DNA from: Corallochytrium limacisporum Hawaii
Taxonomy: Eukaryota; Protista; Pluriformea
Assembly (NCBI GenBank): GCA_002811645.1
Contig: PDIP01000077.1
Location: forward strand, 159,976 to 223,975
DNA: 64,000 nucleotides
Direction: 5' to 3'
The notes under the pieces were generated by a model. It searched no databases. It saw only the letters and a program-made list of their open reading frames with translations, and was not told the DNA's origin. This document shows positions 60,676 through 64,000 of this stretch, in pieces. The stretch's first letter is position 1, and the number at the start of each line of letters is the position of its first letter. The position numbers were made by a program, and so were the translations under genes.

Positions 60676-63600
60676 CGGCACAGGTTCTCAATCTGTCCGG
60701 TCCAGCCGGATCCATTCTGTGGTGCAAATGAAACAGAAGTGTGTATGCGGTTCCAATTCATGGTGCCAAGACACCCATACAATTCACAATTCAATTATTT
60801 TGGAATAGCAGGGTCGCGCAGAAATCCTAGTATATGCCATGCCATTGGCCACAAGCATTCCGTCTCAAGCTTTAAGCTCAACGAGCACGGGTCCCCCGCT
60901 GGGGTTCCAATGGCTAAAAACCCCATCATTTCGGAAATGTCCCGAGCCCACCTGGATATCGGGGCCTATTTATCGCCACGGGGTCGGTCTCCGGCATTTG
61001 ACCAGACTAAAGGTTTTTTTCGCGCCCATTCTCACTTTGCGTACGTTCACTACCGTACAGGCCATATTGGGAAGGTTGCCTTCTGCTGTAAGTATTTCAT
61101 AGTGATGACAGGGAGTGAGCCTTCAAGCAGGACGTAGCGTAGAACGTGTTGGGTAACAGTGGTAGGGATTTTCAATTTGACGTCCAATACTACTCTCAAC
61201 CCCCGCTTCCCATGCTCTTCGGAGGGATTCTGGGGCCCCAAAAAGTTTCCTACGAATGTACATACCTTGCGACTCGTAATAGTGATGAGCATGTTGTCTC
61301 TGTTGCTTTTCAGTATAAACTGGAGTGTGTAGTAGATGGAGCTGTACATGATGCGCTTACTTACGACAAAGGGCATAGAGCCATGTTCCTAATAGTGACT
61401 TTCTCGAACTTCATACGTCCCGGACTCTGCACGGTGTCTGGTACGCAGGCGATTGACAAGGGGAGTTCAGCAGTTACCGTTGTGGCGCACAGGAGTAACA
61501 TTAAAGCATACGCGCAAGTTACGTACACCACAGCAGACGACTAATTGGCCCATTCACCGCCAGCAAAATTAGGTCCCCTACACAAACCTTTAGTATCCCT
61601 GCGGCTACGCACCCGGTTCCTAACGACTCGAGCTTCTCGCGAAGTAGGCAGCGGGCCATAGCGTTATGGAGTATACCCACCATGGTTGCGAACATCGTCC
61701 CGACATCCAACAAGCACGAGTGCCGCCGCAGCATCGTTAGACGGTGCAAGGAAGGCCGCAAACGTAACAGCCAATGAAACATTGCGCAGATCGCCTGTCC
61801 TATGGTAGTTCTGGATCCCCGAGTTCTTCCGAGATTCGCGGTGGACTCGTAGTTTCTAGTTTTTTTTTTCAATCCTATACTGCGGATCCTTAGTCTTGGA
61901 TAGGCAAAGAAGCGCACACTGCAGACATCTGTTTTGCCGGTGAACACGAGGAACAGAATCCCGTCAAGGGCGTTCCAAAGTGTACACTTTGCGCACAGTG
62001 TATGTGCTGAAGTCTGGCACCTTCTGCGACCTTTCAGCTTCTCCACCACCATCTCCGTTGGTAACCTGGGCTTGCTATTTCTCTCTCATTTTCCTGTGGG
62101 TAACGGTTTTTGAGCCAGCGTCATTCGAATTTCCTTTGCCGTAATGAAGTTTTTTCTTCACTGCGCTTTGCATGTGTCCTCACATCGCCCACCCCTCCAT
62201 CACACCGACTTAGCCTCTGCTCCCTGCCCCTGGCAGGAGTCCGCGTTTGATATGGCCACAGTGTGTAACTAAAGGCCTTGATGAGCAATAATTACTTGTA
62301 TGCAAAAAAAAAAAATACGGGCTCTAATTGACAAGAGAGTGCTTGTGTATGGCACCTGGCACTGGAGTAATTTGTTGCCACTTTTGACACAGATCTTTCT
62401 GACCTGTGCTGTAATTCGTATAGAGGAAGCCCGTCGGGCGTGGTTTCTACGCTGAAAGTTGGGGTCCTTATCCTTTGGGTGCGGATACGTGAGAGTTGTG
62501 AGTCACAGTGTGCGTCCTATGCAGTGGATCTCCAGATCATATACATTATCCTTTAGCTGCTTTCATTTACAAAACAAAGTCCTGTGTTTTTTGCCTCTGT
62601 ATGTCAACACCCAGGACACAAACCATCTTGTGATAGCAGATGCCCAGCCCGCAATGCGTATGCCACCTATGTAAGGCTACGGGCTGTCGTGGCAGATGCA
62701 CAACATGGTCATGTGGTCCGTTCTACCCTTTAACACAGTCAAAGGAAAGAAGAAGGTTCGATGATGGATTTCCTTCATTGAGAATAAAGAACAGTAACTG
62801 AGATGAGATAGTGAGCGAGTGGGAAACATATCATGTGTTGATGGTAGCGACAGTCACTGGCAATTACGGAGGAGACAGGGGTAGCCTAGTTAGGGAGACA
62901 CTATGTGCTCACTGAAGATGTATATCTTAGGTAAGATTCTGTATCGTGTCGCATAAAGCCGCAGAAACTCTTTTCTGTCCGAGGGGTGTTCCATGCAAGT
63001 CTTCTGTTGCTAGTCCTGTGTCCGTATGGGTCCGCTGCCATCTGACTATCCATTGTCTTTCTCTTCCGTAGAAACAGAGTACCAACAGTGTCGAAACGCT
63101 GGATCGCACAGGTGCACGAATTACATCAAAGGATGGATAGCTGCAACAGAGCTCCTGACATGTCCAACAACTATCAAGAAGAGCATTCGTTTCTCAAGTC
63201 TCTTCCTCCTCCTCTGGGCTTTCATTCCCCTGTTGCTGATCGTCATTACCCACCATCTCAACGTCATTCCATTCATATTCATTGGTCATTTCGGCAAAGT
63301 CCGACTAATCGCATTCCGTGACTTCCGTCAAGAATTCATTGGAAAGGTCCCCCCTCCGGCACATGGGTTTGTATAGTAGTCGGGAAGAGGGAGGGAGGGA
63401 AGGAGGAGCGGGAAGAGACAGGGGAGGGGGAGGGGAGGAAGATCGGCGCAGGGGTTGAATCGATGCACTTCAATTCAGCATATGCTGTGTACCGGCAGAA
63501 GGGTATTGCTATATGCATCAGCCTCAGTGCGGCAGGGAGGCACACCGGCGGGCAGCTCCCACCCCCGCACTGGACCCTATCCTTTCATGTGGTAACCGAT

Positions 63601-64000
63601 ATCTCCACCCGGGTGACTGCGGTCTTTGCTCTATAGTAAAATAACTGGGTGCTGGAAGCGACAGCGAGGGAAAAATTTTCCCTTGTGAGTTTTGGGTTTT
63701 CCTGAGCTGCTTGCCGTGTGTGTGCTGAACTGTGCGGTCGAAAGCAACCGCGTCGTGCCCGGCACGGTGCCCCGCAGACTCTGTGTTTGTGTGTGTGTGT
63801 GTGTCGGCAAAGGGGCGTAATCTTATCAGTCTCCAGGCAGATAGTTTATGAATTGCTTGTATCACTGGCGATAGTTTGAGTCTTATGTGTCAGCTTCGAC
63901 TATCTTCTGCTGCTGAGTGAACAAAAAATTTCTGCCTCCCACATTTTTTTGATTGATAAGCGCGCCGCCCATTTTCGTAGGACTCTGGGGAGGGGATCGG

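Noticed and set aside
61050-63376. ORFs of 108-177 aa upstream of Gemin5 and an acidic, stop-interrupted minus-strand stretch near 63150-63350
   Set aside because: No motifs, mostly non-ATG starts and conflicting overlapping frames; cannot be supported as CDS or pseudogene.

Overview
Eukaryotic genomic DNA with two assembly gaps (9644-9836, 48697-49430). It holds 13 protein-coding loci: a CAAX-less Cdc42/Rac-type GTPase, QDPR, Prp43/DHX15, an unknown coiled-coil protein, ITFG2 (KICSTOR), an unknown mitochondrial-presequence membrane protein split over two frames, coproporphyrinogen III oxidase, clathrin heavy chain, a CREB/ATF-like bZIP factor, muskelin, malate synthase, isocitrate lyase and Gemin5. 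Twelve are single uninterrupted ORFs, even the 5-kb clathrin gene, yet spliceosomal intron signatures sit in several 5' leaders. Genes alternate strand almost perfectly: convergent ends are tightly packed and divergent starts share homopolymer/G-run-rich islands. The animal-like gene set, the plant/fungal-type glyoxylate cycle and the intron-free CDSs suggest an intron-poor unicellular opisthokont, plausibly a holozoan such as Corallochytrium (inference only). Best leads: (1) a putative mitochondrial 2TM + tandem-RCK channel-like protein lacking the K+ filter motif, with a frame break between its RCK domains; (2) a head-to-head malate synthase/isocitrate lyase pair beside the GID/CTLH subunit muskelin; (3) introns apparently confined to leaders and non-coding transcripts, including a candidate spliced antisense RNA to the bZIP gene. 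All family calls come from motif recognition by eye; no searches were run.
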